A DNA stretch of 64,000 bases, taken from Clostridia bacterium. GTDB taxonomy: Bacteria > Bacillota > Clostridia > TANB77 > CAG-465. Shown here piece by piece: positions 50,228 through 60,026 of the stretch. How positions within the stretch are numbered: position 1 is the first letter of the stretch; each line of letters begins with the position of its first letter. The position numbers and the translations under genes were made by a program. The DNA lies in NCBI GenBank assembly GCA_026415435.1, contig JAOAHC010000041.1, positions 4,290 to 68,289 on the forward strand, written 5' to 3'. The notes under the pieces were generated by a model. That model did no database searches, was not told where the DNA came from, and worked only from the letters and a program-made list of their open reading frames with translations.

Positions 50228-51163
50228 ATGAAAAATATATCAATTATAATACCAACATACAATGAAGAAGATACAGTAAATGAATGTTATACAAGACTTA
50301 GAAAAATCTTAAAAGAATATGAGGAAAAATATTCTTTTGATATTATATTTATAGATGATGGAAGTAAAGATTCTACTTTAAGTAAACTTGAAGAAATAGC
50401 TGACAATGATAAGGTAGTAAAGGTAATATCTTTTTCTAGAAATTTTGGACAACAAAGCGCCATTATAGCTGGAATAAGAGAGAATAATTCAGATGCAGCA
50501 GTTATAATAGATTGTGATATGCAAGATCCTCCAGAAATAATAATTGAGTTAATAAAATTATGGGAAGAAGGATATGAGATAGTCTATGCTAGAAGGAAGA
50601 AAAGAAATGGCGAAAATATATTTAAGTTACTTACTTCAAAACTATTTTATTTAATATTAAATAAGTTGTCAGATACACGAATTCCTCGTGATACAGGTGA
50701 TTTTAGATTAATTGATAAAAAAGTAATACTTAGTATAAATTCATTGAAAGAACACAATAAATTTCTCAGAGGCTTATTTAGTTGGGTTGGTTTTAAACAA
50801 AAAGAATATGAATATGAAAGACAACAAAGATATGGTGGAAATACAAAATATTCTTTTAAAAAAATGCTAAAACTAGCTGCAGATGGTATATATAGTTTTT
50901 CAACTAAGCCATTAGAAATAGTTACAGGAATAGGTTTTATTTCTATTTTAATATCAATCTTGGTTTTAATATATTCGTTAATTAGATACTTTACTAACGA
51001 TCAAAATCTAAGTATAGGCTGGACTTCAATTATAGTATGTATTACATTTTTTAGTGGAATACAGCTATTATCATTAGGCATAATATCTCAGTATATTGCA
51101 AGAATATATGATGAATCAAAATCAAGACCTGAGTACATTATTAATAAGAAAATAAATATGTAA
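50228..51163 (+). CDS. GT2 polyprenol-phosphate glycosyltransferase (GtrB/ArnC-like)
   Basis: ISIIIPTYNEE...IDDGSKDST...IDCDMQD; two C-terminal TM helices. Confidence 0.75.
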   Translation: MKNISIIIPTYNEEDTVNECYTRLRKILKEYEEKYSFDIIFIDDGSKDSTLSKLEEIADNDKVVKVISFSRNFGQQSAIIAGIRENNSDAAVIIDCDMQDPPEIIIELIKLWEEGYEIVYARRKKRNGENIFKLLTSKLFYLILNKLSDTRIPRDTGDFRLIDKKVILSINSLKEHNKFLRGLFSWVGFKQKEYEYERQQRYGGNTKYSFKKMLKLAADGIYSFSTKPLEIVTGIGFISILISILVLIYSLIRYFTNDQNLSIGWTSIIVCITFFSGIQLLSLGIISQYIARIYDESKSRPEYIINKKINM

Positions 51164-51175
51164 TTGGAGGACTAA

Positions 51176-52321
51176 ATGAAAAAGATAACTTTTTTCATGT
51201 TACATTTAAATTTTGGTGGTATAGAAAAGCAGGTAACTACACTATGTAATGAACTTGCAAGACAAAATAATAAATATGATATTACTATTGTTTCTTTTTA
51301 TAAAATAAACGAAAATGCGTTTTACGATTTAGATTCATCAATAAAAGTAAAATATTTATTAAATTATGGTCCAAATAAAAAAGAAATAAAAGATGCAATG
51401 AATAACTTTAAAATATTTAGACTTTTTAAAGAACTTTTTAAGGCTTTAAAAATTATTTGGTTAAAAGAATATTTAATAAAAAATGAGATAAAAAAGGTCA
51501 ATACTGATATTATAGTTTCATCTAGAATAGAATTCTCAAAGCATATAAAAAGAAAAGATACATTAAATATATCTCAAGAACATTCATATATAGATACAGA
51601 AAACTATATATCAAAAGTAAGAAAAAGCTTTAAATACATTGATTATTTAGTTGTAATGACTGAAAAAGCAAAAAAAAATTATGAACAATGGCTGGCTAAT
51701 GAGAAAATAAGACCAGAAGTTATATGTATACCTAATATGGTAAGTAGATTAAATGAAAATTACATGTCTAAACTTGAAAATAAAAGAATAATTAGTGTTG
51801 GTAGGTTACACGAGGAAAAGAATTTTTTAGTACTGATAGATATATTTAAAAAAGTATTTGATGATGATCCTACTTGGAAATTAGACATTATTGGAGAAGG
51901 AAATCAAAGAAATGAAATTGAGAAATCTATAAAATCATATAATCTTGAAGACAAGATAATATTGCATGGAAGACTTACAGAAGATGAGATAATACAAAAA
52001 CTACAAGAAGATTCTATTTTTGTTTTAACATCAAGGAGTGAAAGTTTTTCTCTAGTACTTTGCGAAGCAATGAGACAGGGAATTCCATGTATTTCTTTTG
52101 ATGTAGATGTAGGGCCAAGAGAAATAATAAAAGATGGTGAAAATGGATTTTTAGTTGAATATCTAAATAAAGAAGATATGGAAAATAAAATAAAGTTGCT
52201 TATGAATGATGAAAGACTAAGACATGATTTTGGTGAAAAATCAAGAGTACAAGTAGAAAAATTCTATTCAGATAAAATAGTAAAACAGTGGGAAAACATA
52301 TTCGATAATAATAAAGAATAA
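51176..52321 (+). CDS. GT4-family glycosyltransferase
   Basis: SRSESFSLVLCEAMRQGIPCISFD. Confidence 0.8.
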   Translation: MKKITFFMLHLNFGGIEKQVTTLCNELARQNNKYDITIVSFYKINENAFYDLDSSIKVKYLLNYGPNKKEIKDAMNNFKIFRLFKELFKALKIIWLKEYLIKNEIKKVNTDIIVSSRIEFSKHIKRKDTLNISQEHSYIDTENYISKVRKSFKYIDYLVVMTEKAKKNYEQWLANEKIRPEVICIPNMVSRLNENYMSKLENKRIISVGRLHEEKNFLVLIDIFKKVFDDDPTWKLDIIGEGNQRNEIEKSIKSYNLEDKIILHGRLTEDEIIQKLQEDSIFVLTSRSESFSLVLCEAMRQGIPCISFDVDVGPREIIKDGENGFLVEYLNKEDMENKIKLLMNDERLRHDFGEKSRVQVEKFYSDKIVKQWENIFDNNKE

Positions 52322-52392
52322 TATAATAAATTAATTTTCCAATTTTTCATATTTTGTAACAATTGAGAAATAAAAATTTAACATTATATAGG

Positions 52393-52421
52393 TTGAATTG
52401 TAACATATAAAAGTATATAAT
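52393..52421 (+). promoter_or_regulatory. sigma-A-type promoter TTGAAT-N17-TATAAT
   Basis: lies upstream of the small ORF at 52481. Confidence 0.45.
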
Positions 52422-52480
52422 ATCTTTAAAATATAATAAAAAAAGCATAAAATAATTTTGTGTAGAGGGGAGAATTGCTA

Positions 52481-52795
52481 ATGTTCAGTTTCTCAATTAA
52501 AAATATGCATATACAAAAGATTGATAGTATCAATGGTAGTATTAAATTAGTTATAGGTAAAGATGAAGTGACCAAGGAAGAAATCACTTGTCTTGCTGTT
52601 AGTGATTCCGCAGTTACAGTTTGTATTGATAAAGATTTCGTTATTTCAGGTTTAACCAAGATAGGGCATCTTCTTAGTACTGGAATGCATGTAGATGATA
52701 ATCCAGTAATAGAGTATAAGAATAATGAATTTAACATGTCAGAGGATTTAATTATTAAAAACTTTAATTTTTTAAGTTATGCAGCAGTTGCATAA
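52481..52795 (+). CDS. hypothetical small protein (104 aa) in its own transcription unit upstream of suf
   Basis: ATG at 52481 after gaggggag; terminator immediately downstream; beta-rich; no HTH. Confidence 0.45.
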   Translation: MFSFSIKNMHIQKIDSINGSIKLVIGKDEVTKEEITCLAVSDSAVTVCIDKDFVISGLTKIGHLLSTGMHVDDNPVIEYKNNEFNMSEDLIIKNFNFLSYAAVA

Positions 52796-52829
52796 GAAAG
52801 GTCAGAAATATTCGACCTTTCTTTTTTTG
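52796..52829 (+). terminator. rho-independent terminator (gaaaggtcgaa...ttcgacctttc followed by T7)
   Basis: a 9-bp stem followed by ttttttt. Confidence 0.75.
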
Positions 52830-52839
52830 TCCAAAAATA

Positions 52840-52868
52840 TTGTAAATTTACTTTAAAAATGATATAAT
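52840..52868 (+). promoter_or_regulatory. sigma-A-type promoter TTGTAA-N17-TGaTATAAT for sufCBDSU
   Basis: extended -10. Confidence 0.5.
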
Positions 52869-52876
52869 TTTATAGA

Positions 52877-52896
52877 TAGTATCTGCCGATACTATT
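52877..52896 (+). promoter_or_regulatory. perfect 8-4-8 palindrome ATAGTATC-TGCC-GATACTAT in the suf leader (candidate operator)
   Basis: located between the -10 and the sufC start; unusual in an AT-rich context. Confidence 0.5.
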
Positions 52897-52915
52897 AATG
52901 AAAGGGGATTTTAAA

Positions 52916-53659
52916 GTGAATACACTTTTAGAAATAAATAATTTACATACAAAAGTTGAGGACATGCAAATACTTAAAGGACTTAATTTAAAAATAAATG
53001 AAGGAGAAGTACATGTTATAATGGGGCCAAATGGTGCAGGTAAATCTACTCTTGCAAATACTTTGATGGCACATCCTAAATATACAATTACTGAAGGTAA
53101 TATAATATTTGAAGGTGAAGAAATAAATAATCTTAAAGCTGATGAAAGAGCAAAAAGAGGTATTTTTTTATCTTTCCAATATCCAGAAGAAGTACCTGGT
53201 ATAACAGTTGAGAACTTTTTAAGAACATCTAAATCTTTAACTTCTGCAAATCCAATATCAATATTAAATTTTAGAAGACTTCTTAAAGAGAAAATGGCAC
53301 TTTTAAAAATGGATGAAAGCTATGCTAAAAGATATTTAAATGTAGGCTTTTCAGGTGGAGAAAAAAAGAAAAATGAAGTGCTACAAATGGCTATACTAGA
53401 ACCAAAGTTAGCAATACTTGATGAAACAGATTCTGGCCTTGATGTAGACGCTATAAAAACAGTATCAGAAGGAGTAGGACTTTTATCTGATTCAAAACGC
53501 TCTATAATAATAATAACGCATCATAATAAAATATTACAATATTTAAAACCTGACTATGTTCATATATTAATAGACGGTAAAATAGTTAAAACTGGTACTA
53601 GTGAACTAGTTCATGAAGTGGAAAAAAACGGATACGAAGCATATAAAAATTTGAACTAA
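52916..53659 (+). CDS. sufC: Fe-S cluster assembly ATPase SufC
   Basis: GTG at 52916 after gaaagggga; Walker A GPNGAGKST; signature FSGGEKK. Confidence 0.9.
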   Translation: MNTLLEINNLHTKVEDMQILKGLNLKINEGEVHVIMGPNGAGKSTLANTLMAHPKYTITEGNIIFEGEEINNLKADERAKRGIFLSFQYPEEVPGITVENFLRTSKSLTSANPISILNFRRLLKEKMALLKMDESYAKRYLNVGFSGGEKKKNEVLQMAILEPKLAILDETDSGLDVDAIKTVSEGVGLLSDSKRSIIIITHHNKILQYLKPDYVHILIDGKIVKTGTSELVHEVEKNGYEAYKNLN

Positions 53660-53684
53660 GGGGGAAATAGAAAGGACAGTTACA

Positions 53685-55094
53685 ATGGAAAAAAGAAAAA
53701 AGACTTATGTCCATGATGTGGATAGAGGCGTTTACGATATAAAAAATGAAGTAAAATTCAGATATAAGGTTAAAAGTGGACTTGATGAAAATGTTGTAAA
53801 AGACATCTCTAAACAAAAGAATGAGCCTGAATGGATGACAGAGTTTAGATTAAATTCACTTAAAATATATAATGAAATAAAGTTGCCTGAATGGGGACCT
53901 GATATATCTGATTTAAATATAGATAAAATAATAACATATATAAGACCTAACACCAATATGCAAGGTAGTTGGGATAAGGTACCAGAAGATATAAAGAATA
54001 CTTTTGATAAGCTTGGAATACAAAAAGCAGAAAAACATTCACTTGCTGGTGTTGGTGCGCAGTATGATTCAGAAGTAGTATACCATAATATAAAGGAAGA
54101 CTTAATTAAGCAAGGTGTTGTGTACACTGATATGGAAACTGCCGTAAAAGAATATGAACCTATGGTAAAAGAATACTTTATGAAATGTGTTGAGCCTGAT
54201 GATCATAAATTTGCTGCACTACATGGAGCAGTATGGTCTGGGGGATCTTTTGTATATGTTCCAAAAGGTGTGCAAGTGGACATACCTCTGCAATCATATT
54301 TTAGATTAAATGCTCCAGGAGCAGGTCAATTTGAACATACTTTAATAATTGTTGATGAGGGTGCAAAATTACACTTTATTGAAGGATGTTCTGCACCTAA
54401 ATATTCAGTTAATAATTTACATGCTGGGTGTGTAGAATTATTTGTAAAAAAAGATGCAACTCTTAGATATAGTACAATAGAAAATTGGTCAAAAAATATG
54501 TATAACTTAAATACTAAACGTGCAATAGTTGAAGAAAATGCTACTATTGAGTGGGTATCTGGTTCTTTTGGTTCAAAAGTTTCTATGCTATATCCAACAA
54601 GTGTATTAAAAGGAAAAGGTGCAAAATGTGAATATACTGGTGTTACATTTGCAGGAGAAGGACAAAATCTTGATACAGGTGCACAAGTTGTTCATTTAGC
54701 GGAACATACGTATTCAACCATAAGTTCTAAATCAATATCAAAATCTGGTGGGGTAGCTACATATAGAGGATTAGTAAGAATGGGTAAAAATGCAAGACAC
54801 TCTAAATCTACAGTATCTTGTGAATCTTTAATGTTAGATGATATATCAAAATCAGATACTATACCTGTACTGGATATATTAAATGATGAAGTAGATGTAG
54901 GACATGAAGCGAAAATAGGAAGAATAAGTGATGAGACTATATTTTACCTAATGAGTAGAGGAATAAGTGAAAAAGAAGCCAAAGCTATGATAGTAAGAGG
55001 TTTTGTTGAGCCAATGTCTAAAGAATTACCTCTGGAATATGCGGTTGAAATGAACAATCTAATTAATATCGAATTAGAAGGCACAGTAGGGTAG
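53685..55094 (+). CDS. sufB: Fe-S cluster assembly protein SufB
   Basis: 469 aa; conserved C-terminus ...FYLMSRGI.E..A. Confidence 0.9.
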   Translation: MEKRKKTYVHDVDRGVYDIKNEVKFRYKVKSGLDENVVKDISKQKNEPEWMTEFRLNSLKIYNEIKLPEWGPDISDLNIDKIITYIRPNTNMQGSWDKVPEDIKNTFDKLGIQKAEKHSLAGVGAQYDSEVVYHNIKEDLIKQGVVYTDMETAVKEYEPMVKEYFMKCVEPDDHKFAALHGAVWSGGSFVYVPKGVQVDIPLQSYFRLNAPGAGQFEHTLIIVDEGAKLHFIEGCSAPKYSVNNLHAGCVELFVKKDATLRYSTIENWSKNMYNLNTKRAIVEENATIEWVSGSFGSKVSMLYPTSVLKGKGAKCEYTGVTFAGEGQNLDTGAQVVHLAEHTYSTISSKSISKSGGVATYRGLVRMGKNARHSKSTVSCESLMLDDISKSDTIPVLDILNDEVDVGHEAKIGRISDETIFYLMSRGISEKEAKAMIVRGFVEPMSKELPLEYAVEMNNLINIELEGTVG

Positions 55095-55103
55095 GTGGTA
55101 ACT

Positions 55104-56210
55104 ATGAATATAAAATTAAATAAAGTAAATGAGATACCAGTTAAGACATATAGATGGCTTAAAGTTAATGAACTAAACTTATCTGAAGTAGAAGTTATAT
55201 TGGATACAGAATATAAAGCTCATACGTTAAGAGTTAGTGATAATGATTTAGATAAAGTTGAACTAAATAGAGATTTATCAGAAGTGATGGATTTAAATAA
55301 ATTTAAAGATGTTAGATTAAGTGAAGAATTAAAAGATATTTCAGAGAAAAATGCAAATTCAAAATCATGTTTATATATAAAAGCGGATAAAAAATTAGAA
55401 GAGCCAATAATTTTTAATTATGAACTTAATAATGATAATCCTAGCCTTATAGATAATAATATTATTTTTGCAGATAAAAACTGTGAATCTACAATTATAT
55501 TTAAATATTCTTCTAAAACAAATGAATATAATTTTCATAATTGTTTAAGTAAAATATATATAGCTGAAGGCGCAAAAGTAAAACTTATAAAAGTTCAGAA
55601 TCTAAATGATGCATCGAACCATTTTGATTTAAATCTAATTCATTTAGAAAGAGATTCAAAACTAGATATTATTTCTGTAGAAATTGGATCTAAAAATAGC
55701 TGCACTCAATATAATTCTGTTCTAGAAGGTGAAAACTCTAATTGCGATTTAAAATCAGTATATTATGCAGATAAAGATAGAATAATAGATATAAACTATA
55801 TAATTAATCATATTGCAAGAAGAACGAATAGTTCTATTGATGCAAAAGGTGTACTAGATAATACCGCTAAAAAAGTATTTAGAGGTACAATAGATTTTAA
55901 AAAAGGTGCAATAAAATCAGAGGCAAAAGAATCAGAGCATGTTATACTACTTTCAGATAAAGTAAAATCAGATTCTATACCACTTCTTCTATGTTCAGAA
56001 GATGATGTTGTAGGTTCACATTCTGCGAGTGTAGGTAAAATAGATGAATATAAATTGTTTTACTTAATGAGTAGAGGTTTTAATGAAAAAGAAGCTAAAA
56101 AACTTATAATAGAAGGATCATTTAGTAATATAATAAATGAAATAAGCGATGAGGACTTAAAAGAAGAAATTATGGATAATATAAAAAGGAGGTTAGAAGG
56201 TGATAAATAA
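55104..56210 (+). CDS. sufD: Fe-S cluster assembly protein SufD
   Basis: C-terminal FYLMSRG motif; ATG at 55104 after agggtaggtgg. Confidence 0.8.
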   Translation: MNIKLNKVNEIPVKTYRWLKVNELNLSEVEVILDTEYKAHTLRVSDNDLDKVELNRDLSEVMDLNKFKDVRLSEELKDISEKNANSKSCLYIKADKKLEEPIIFNYELNNDNPSLIDNNIIFADKNCESTIIFKYSSKTNEYNFHNCLSKIYIAEGAKVKLIKVQNLNDASNHFDLNLIHLERDSKLDIISVEIGSKNSCTQYNSVLEGENSNCDLKSVYYADKDRIIDINYIINHIARRTNSSIDAKGVLDNTAKKVFRGTIDFKKGAIKSEAKESEHVILLSDKVKSDSIPLLLCSEDDVVGSHSASVGKIDEYKLFYLMSRGFNEKEAKKLIIEGSFSNIINEISDEDLKEEIMDNIKRRLEGDK

Positions 56211-57435
56211 AGAAGAAATAGTAAAAGATTTTCCTATATTAGATAGAAAAGTTAACGGAAAAAAATTAGTATATTTTGATAATGCAGCAACTACACAAAA
56301 ACCATTGTCAGTTATAAATGCAATATCTGATTACTATAAAATATATAATGCTAACCCACATAGAGGAGCTCATACATTAAGTGTTGAAGCAACAGAAGCT
56401 TATGAACAAACACGTAATAAAGTTGCTAAATTTATTAATGCTAGAAGTGAACAAGAAATTATATTTACTAAAAATACAACTGAAGCTTTAAATTTGGTCG
56501 CATATTCATATGTAAATAATAATTTAACTAGTGATGATGAGATAACTATTTGTATAACAGAACATCACAGTAATCTAATACCTTGGCAACAAATAGCTAT
56601 AAGAAAAGGTGCTAAAATTAATTATATGTACGTTGATAGTGATGGCATTTTATCTGTTGATGAAATAAAGAATAAAATAACAGATAAAACCAAAGTGGTA
56701 TGTATAGCACACGTAACAAATACTTTTGGCATAGTTAATCCAGTAGAAGAAATAGTTAGCATAGCTCATGAAAAAGGTGCTATTGTGGTAATTGATGGAG
56801 CTCAAAGTACACCACATATGAAAATAGATGTACAAAAGTTAGATGCAGATTTCTTTGCTTTTTCAGGGCATAAAATGTTAGCACCAATGGGTGTTGGAGT
56901 TTTATATGGCAAAAAAGAACTATTAAAAAATATGACACCATTTTTATATGGTGGAGATATGATAGAATATGTATCAGAACAAACTACTACATTTGCAGAG
57001 CTTCCATTTAAATTTGAAGCAGGAACTCAAAATGTAGAAGCTGTTGTAGGACTATCAAGTGCTATAGATTATATTGAAAAAATAGGTTATGAATATATAG
57101 AAGAACAAGAAAGAGAATTAACCGAGTATGCTTTAGAAAAGTTAAATCAAATAGATGACGTTATAATATATGGCTCAAAAAATATAGAAAACAAAGTTGG
57201 AGTAATATCGTTTAATGTAAAAGATGTACATCCACATGATACAGCTACTATTTTAGATAGATATGGTATTGCTATACGCTCAGGACATCACTGTGCACAG
57301 CCATTTATGAAGCATTTAGACTTAAATTCTACATGTAGAATAAGTTTTTATTTCTATAACACTAAAGAAGAAATTGACATATTTATTGATGCTATAAAGA
57401 AAGTTAGGGGGCATATGGGCTATGGAACTAAATGA
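56200..57435 (+). CDS. sufS: cysteine desulfurase SufS
   Basis: GTG after aggagg; PLP-lysine motif FSGHKM; active-site Cys in RSGHHCAQP. Confidence 0.88.
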   Translation: MINKEEIVKDFPILDRKVNGKKLVYFDNAATTQKPLSVINAISDYYKIYNANPHRGAHTLSVEATEAYEQTRNKVAKFINARSEQEIIFTKNTTEALNLVAYSYVNNNLTSDDEITICITEHHSNLIPWQQIAIRKGAKINYMYVDSDGILSVDEIKNKITDKTKVVCIAHVTNTFGIVNPVEEIVSIAHEKGAIVVIDGAQSTPHMKIDVQKLDADFFAFSGHKMLAPMGVGVLYGKKELLKNMTPFLYGGDMIEYVSEQTTTFAELPFKFEAGTQNVEAVVGLSSAIDYIEKIGYEYIEEQERELTEYALEKLNQIDDVIIYGSKNIENKVGVISFNVKDVHPHDTATILDRYGIAIRSGHHCAQPFMKHLDLNSTCRISFYFYNTKEEIDIFIDAIKKVRGHMGYGTK

Positions 57436-57847
57436 TCTATACACAGATATAATATTAGAACATAGTCAAAATAGTTATAATAAAAAGGTTATAGAAAATG
57501 CTGATATAACTGAACTTGGACATAATCCTAGTTGTGGTGATGAAATAACTCTTCAAATAAAGTTTGATGGTGATATTATAAAAAATATAGCATATACTGG
57601 TCATGGATGTGCAATTTCTCAAGCCTCTGCTTCTATAATGATTGATAATATAAAAGGGAAAACTAAAAAAGAAGCATTAGATGAAGTAGAACTATTTTTG
57701 AAAATGATAAAAAAAGAAATAACAGATGATAACGAGCTTGAAAAACTAAATGATGCAATAGCATTTAAAAATATATCTAATATGCCCGCAAGAGTAAAAT
57801 GTGCTGTGCTTGCATGGCATACTTTAAAGGAAAGTATGGAAAAGTAA
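57422..57847 (+). CDS. sufU: Fe-S cluster scaffold/sulfur acceptor SufU
   Basis: NPSCGDE...HGCAIS...C three-Cys pattern. Confidence 0.85.
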   Translation: MELNDLYTDIILEHSQNSYNKKVIENADITELGHNPSCGDEITLQIKFDGDIIKNIAYTGHGCAISQASASIMIDNIKGKTKKEALDEVELFLKMIKKEITDDNELEKLNDAIAFKNISNMPARVKCAVLAWHTLKESMEK

Positions 57848-57872
57848 TAAATATAATTAAAGTTATTATAAT

Positions 57873-57916
57873 AAAAAATAGCCTTGGTTCAGTTTGAATC
57901 AAGGTTATTTTTTATT
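57873..57916. terminator. bidirectional terminator (ccttggttca / tgaatcaagg, A-run upstream and T-run downstream)
   Basis: a 10-bp stem with one G-T wobble; lies between convergent sufU and msrAB. Confidence 0.6.
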
Positions 57917-58867
57917 ATTTTTAATATAAGAAATCCATTCGCCATATCCTTCTTTTTCCATATTATCTATCGGAATGAAGCGAAGAGAAGCACTATTGAT
58001 ACAGTAGCGTAGTCCTCCTTTTTCTTGAGGACCATCATTAAATACATGACCTAAATGGTTATCGCCTAAACTACTTCTTACTTCAGTTCTTATCATATTA
58101 TGTGACTTATCAGTTTTCTCCGTAACGTTATTTTTATTAATTGGCTTGGAAAAACTAGGCCAACCACAAAGAGAATCAAATTTATCTGAAGATAAAAATA
58201 AAGGTTCACCAGTTACAACATCAACATAAATACCTTCTTTTTTATTATTCCAATATTTATTAAAAAAAGGCGGTTCTGTACCATTTTCTTGTGTAACTTT
58301 GTATTCCATAGCTGTTAGCTTATCTTTTAATTCATCTTTTGAAATTATCTTAAAAGAGTGAGTTTTATTAAATTTATCTGCTAAGGATAAATTGATATGA
58401 CAATAACCAGAAGGATTTTTACTTAAATATTTTTGATGATAATCTTCTGCCAAAGAATAATTTTTTAAGGGTAAAACTTCTGTTACTATTTTCTTTTTAT
58501 ATTTTAATTGTTCTAATTCTATCATTTTAGTTATATCATTCAAATCTTCTTCGTCTTTGTAATAAATACCGGTTCTATACTGTTTTCCAATATCATTTCC
58601 TTGCTTATTTATACCAGTTGGATCAATAATTAAGAAGAAAGCTTCCATTAATGCAGATAAATTTACTATACTTTTATCATAAATAATATGAACAGTTTCT
58701 GAATGATTTGTTTTGTTAATCTCATAATATGAAGTATTAATTTGATCACCATTTGCATATCCAACATCTGTTGAAATTACACCATTTATATTAGAAAAAT
58801 ATGCTTCTACACCCCAAAAACATCCTCCTGCAAACCAAATTTCTTTGTAAGTACTATTATTTAACAT
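57905..58867 (-). CDS. msrAB: bifunctional peptide-methionine sulfoxide reductase MsrA/MsrB
   Basis: N-terminal GCFWG (MsrA) and C-terminal RYCINSA with a CxxC pattern (MsrB); 320 aa. Confidence 0.85.
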   Translation of the reverse strand: MLNNSTYKEIWFAGGCFWGVEAYFSNINGVISTDVGYANGDQINTSYYEINKTNHSETVHIIYDKSIVNLSALMEAFFLIIDPTGINKQGNDIGKQYRTGIYYKDEEDLNDITKMIELEQLKYKKKIVTEVLPLKNYSLAEDYHQKYLSKNPSGYCHINLSLADKFNKTHSFKIISKDELKDKLTAMEYKVTQENGTEPPFFNKYWNNKKEGIYVDVVTGEPLFLSSDKFDSLCGWPSFSKPINKNNVTEKTDKSHNMIRTEVRSSLGDNHLGHVFNDGPQEKGGLRYCINSASLRFIPIDNMEKEGYGEWISYIKNNKK

Positions 58868-58995
58868 ATATAATCAACCTCATTATTAGTTTGATTTATT
58901 TTTGTATATTTAAACAAGTATTTATAAGCAATTATATAATTTATAATAGGCAGCATATTTGATACAGTGTTATTTTAAAAAAGGAAGCGAATAAA

Positions 58996-59364
58996 ATTAC
59001 AAAAAACCTGTTTGTTGTAACTAAAATAAATAATGATTTTCATCATGGTTGGATAGAGTTTTTAAACGATCAAGAAGAAGAAATTGTATTTGATACTACG
59101 TTTGTAGGTTTCTATTTAAAGAAAGATTATTATAGTGTTTTTGATGTAACAGTAACATCTAAAAGAACTCATATCCAAATGAAAGAATATGAGTATTACA
59201 ATGAAATTTATGAGGATAGCAAAAAGCCAGCAGATGAATATATGCAAAATTTTATGTATGCATTGCTAGAACCGGAAGAATCTGAAAAATATTTAAAAAA
59301 GTGTAATGAAATAATAGAAAAGGATCATCCTGAATTTTTAAATATGCTTTCAGCTGCAAAGTAG
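58996..59364 (+). CDS. hypothetical protein; the listed 61-aa ORF (59179..59364) is in frame with about 72 upstream sense codons that lack an ATG/GTG/TTG start (possible AUU start at 58996 or a disrupted start)
   Basis: Frame open from 58963 to 59364 with a coding-like composition. There is no RBS before the ATG at 59179, whereas AAAGGAAG lies 9 nt before ATT at 58996. Confidence 0.3.
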   Translation: MTKNLFVVTKINNDFHHGWIEFLNDQEEEIVFDTTFVGFYLKKDYYSVFDVTVTSKRTHIQMKEYEYYNEIYEDSKKPADEYMQNFMYALLEPEESEKYLKKCNEIIEKDHPEFLNMLSAAK

Positions 59365-59391
59365 AAGTTATTTTAAAAAGTATTGATAAAT

Positions 59392-59456
59392 AAAAAACCA
59401 TGTATATAGTTAGTATAATAATACTAGTTATAACATGGTTTTTTCTATTTAATTTT
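59392..59456. terminator. bidirectional terminator (aaaaaaccatgt...acatggtttttt, extended imperfect hairpin)
   Basis: lies between convergent genes. Confidence 0.5.
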
Positions 59457-59457
59457 A

Positions 59458-59865
59458 TTAATCATGAATATCAGAGTTAAGATAAATCAAAACTCCATTG
59501 TCCATACAGTTTTTATCTGTTGTTGAGAAACATGTAGAACCTTTTTCTTTTACATTAAATCCAAGATTTTGTAAATATAGCATCAAAGTATCAATGGCAC
59601 CAGGTTGCTCGTCATCATATGGCATATCTATTTTTTTAAATATTGGGATGTTTGTAAATGGGGTATCATGTATACCCATATATGGCATAAAGATTTTACC
59701 TTTAACCCTCTTTTTAGCGGCCAAAAACCTAAGAATTTTTTCTCTATTAGAGTGCCAGTGAAGCTTGCATTCTAATTTGTACCCTTCAAGTTCTTTTTCT
59801 CTTTCTAAAATATCTTTGGTTGAGTTGTCAAACTTAAGGTTATCTAATGCTTCACTTAGTTTCAT
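59458..59865 (-). CDS. hypothetical protein (135 aa)
   Basis: RBS GGAGGGTGA 7 nt before the ATG; no recognised motif. Confidence 0.5.
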   Translation of the reverse strand: MKLSEALDNLKFDNSTKDILEREKELEGYKLECKLHWHSNREKILRFLAAKKRVKGKIFMPYMGIHDTPFTNIPIFKKIDMPYDDEQPGAIDTLMLYLQNLGFNVKEKGSTCFSTTDKNCMDNGVLIYLNSDIHD

Positions 59866-60026
59866 AAATCATCACCCTCCACAATATTAATATATATTTG
59901 TAAAATCGCTATAATGTTGATATTATATCATAGTTATTTACATAAAACAAGACGTGTATAATATATATTTGCATATTTATGAATAATATGATAAAATATC
60001 AATGTTTAAGAGAGGAGTTTGATGAT

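Noticed and set aside
53598-56835. Antisense ORFs in the suf operon (53598..53816, 53732..54127, 56650..56835)
   Set aside because: They lie inside the conserved sufC, sufB and sufS coding sequences.
59498-59761. Plus-strand 87-aa ORF antisense to the 59458..59865 gene
   Set aside because: The minus-strand ORF has a strong GGAGGGTGA RBS; the plus-strand one has none.
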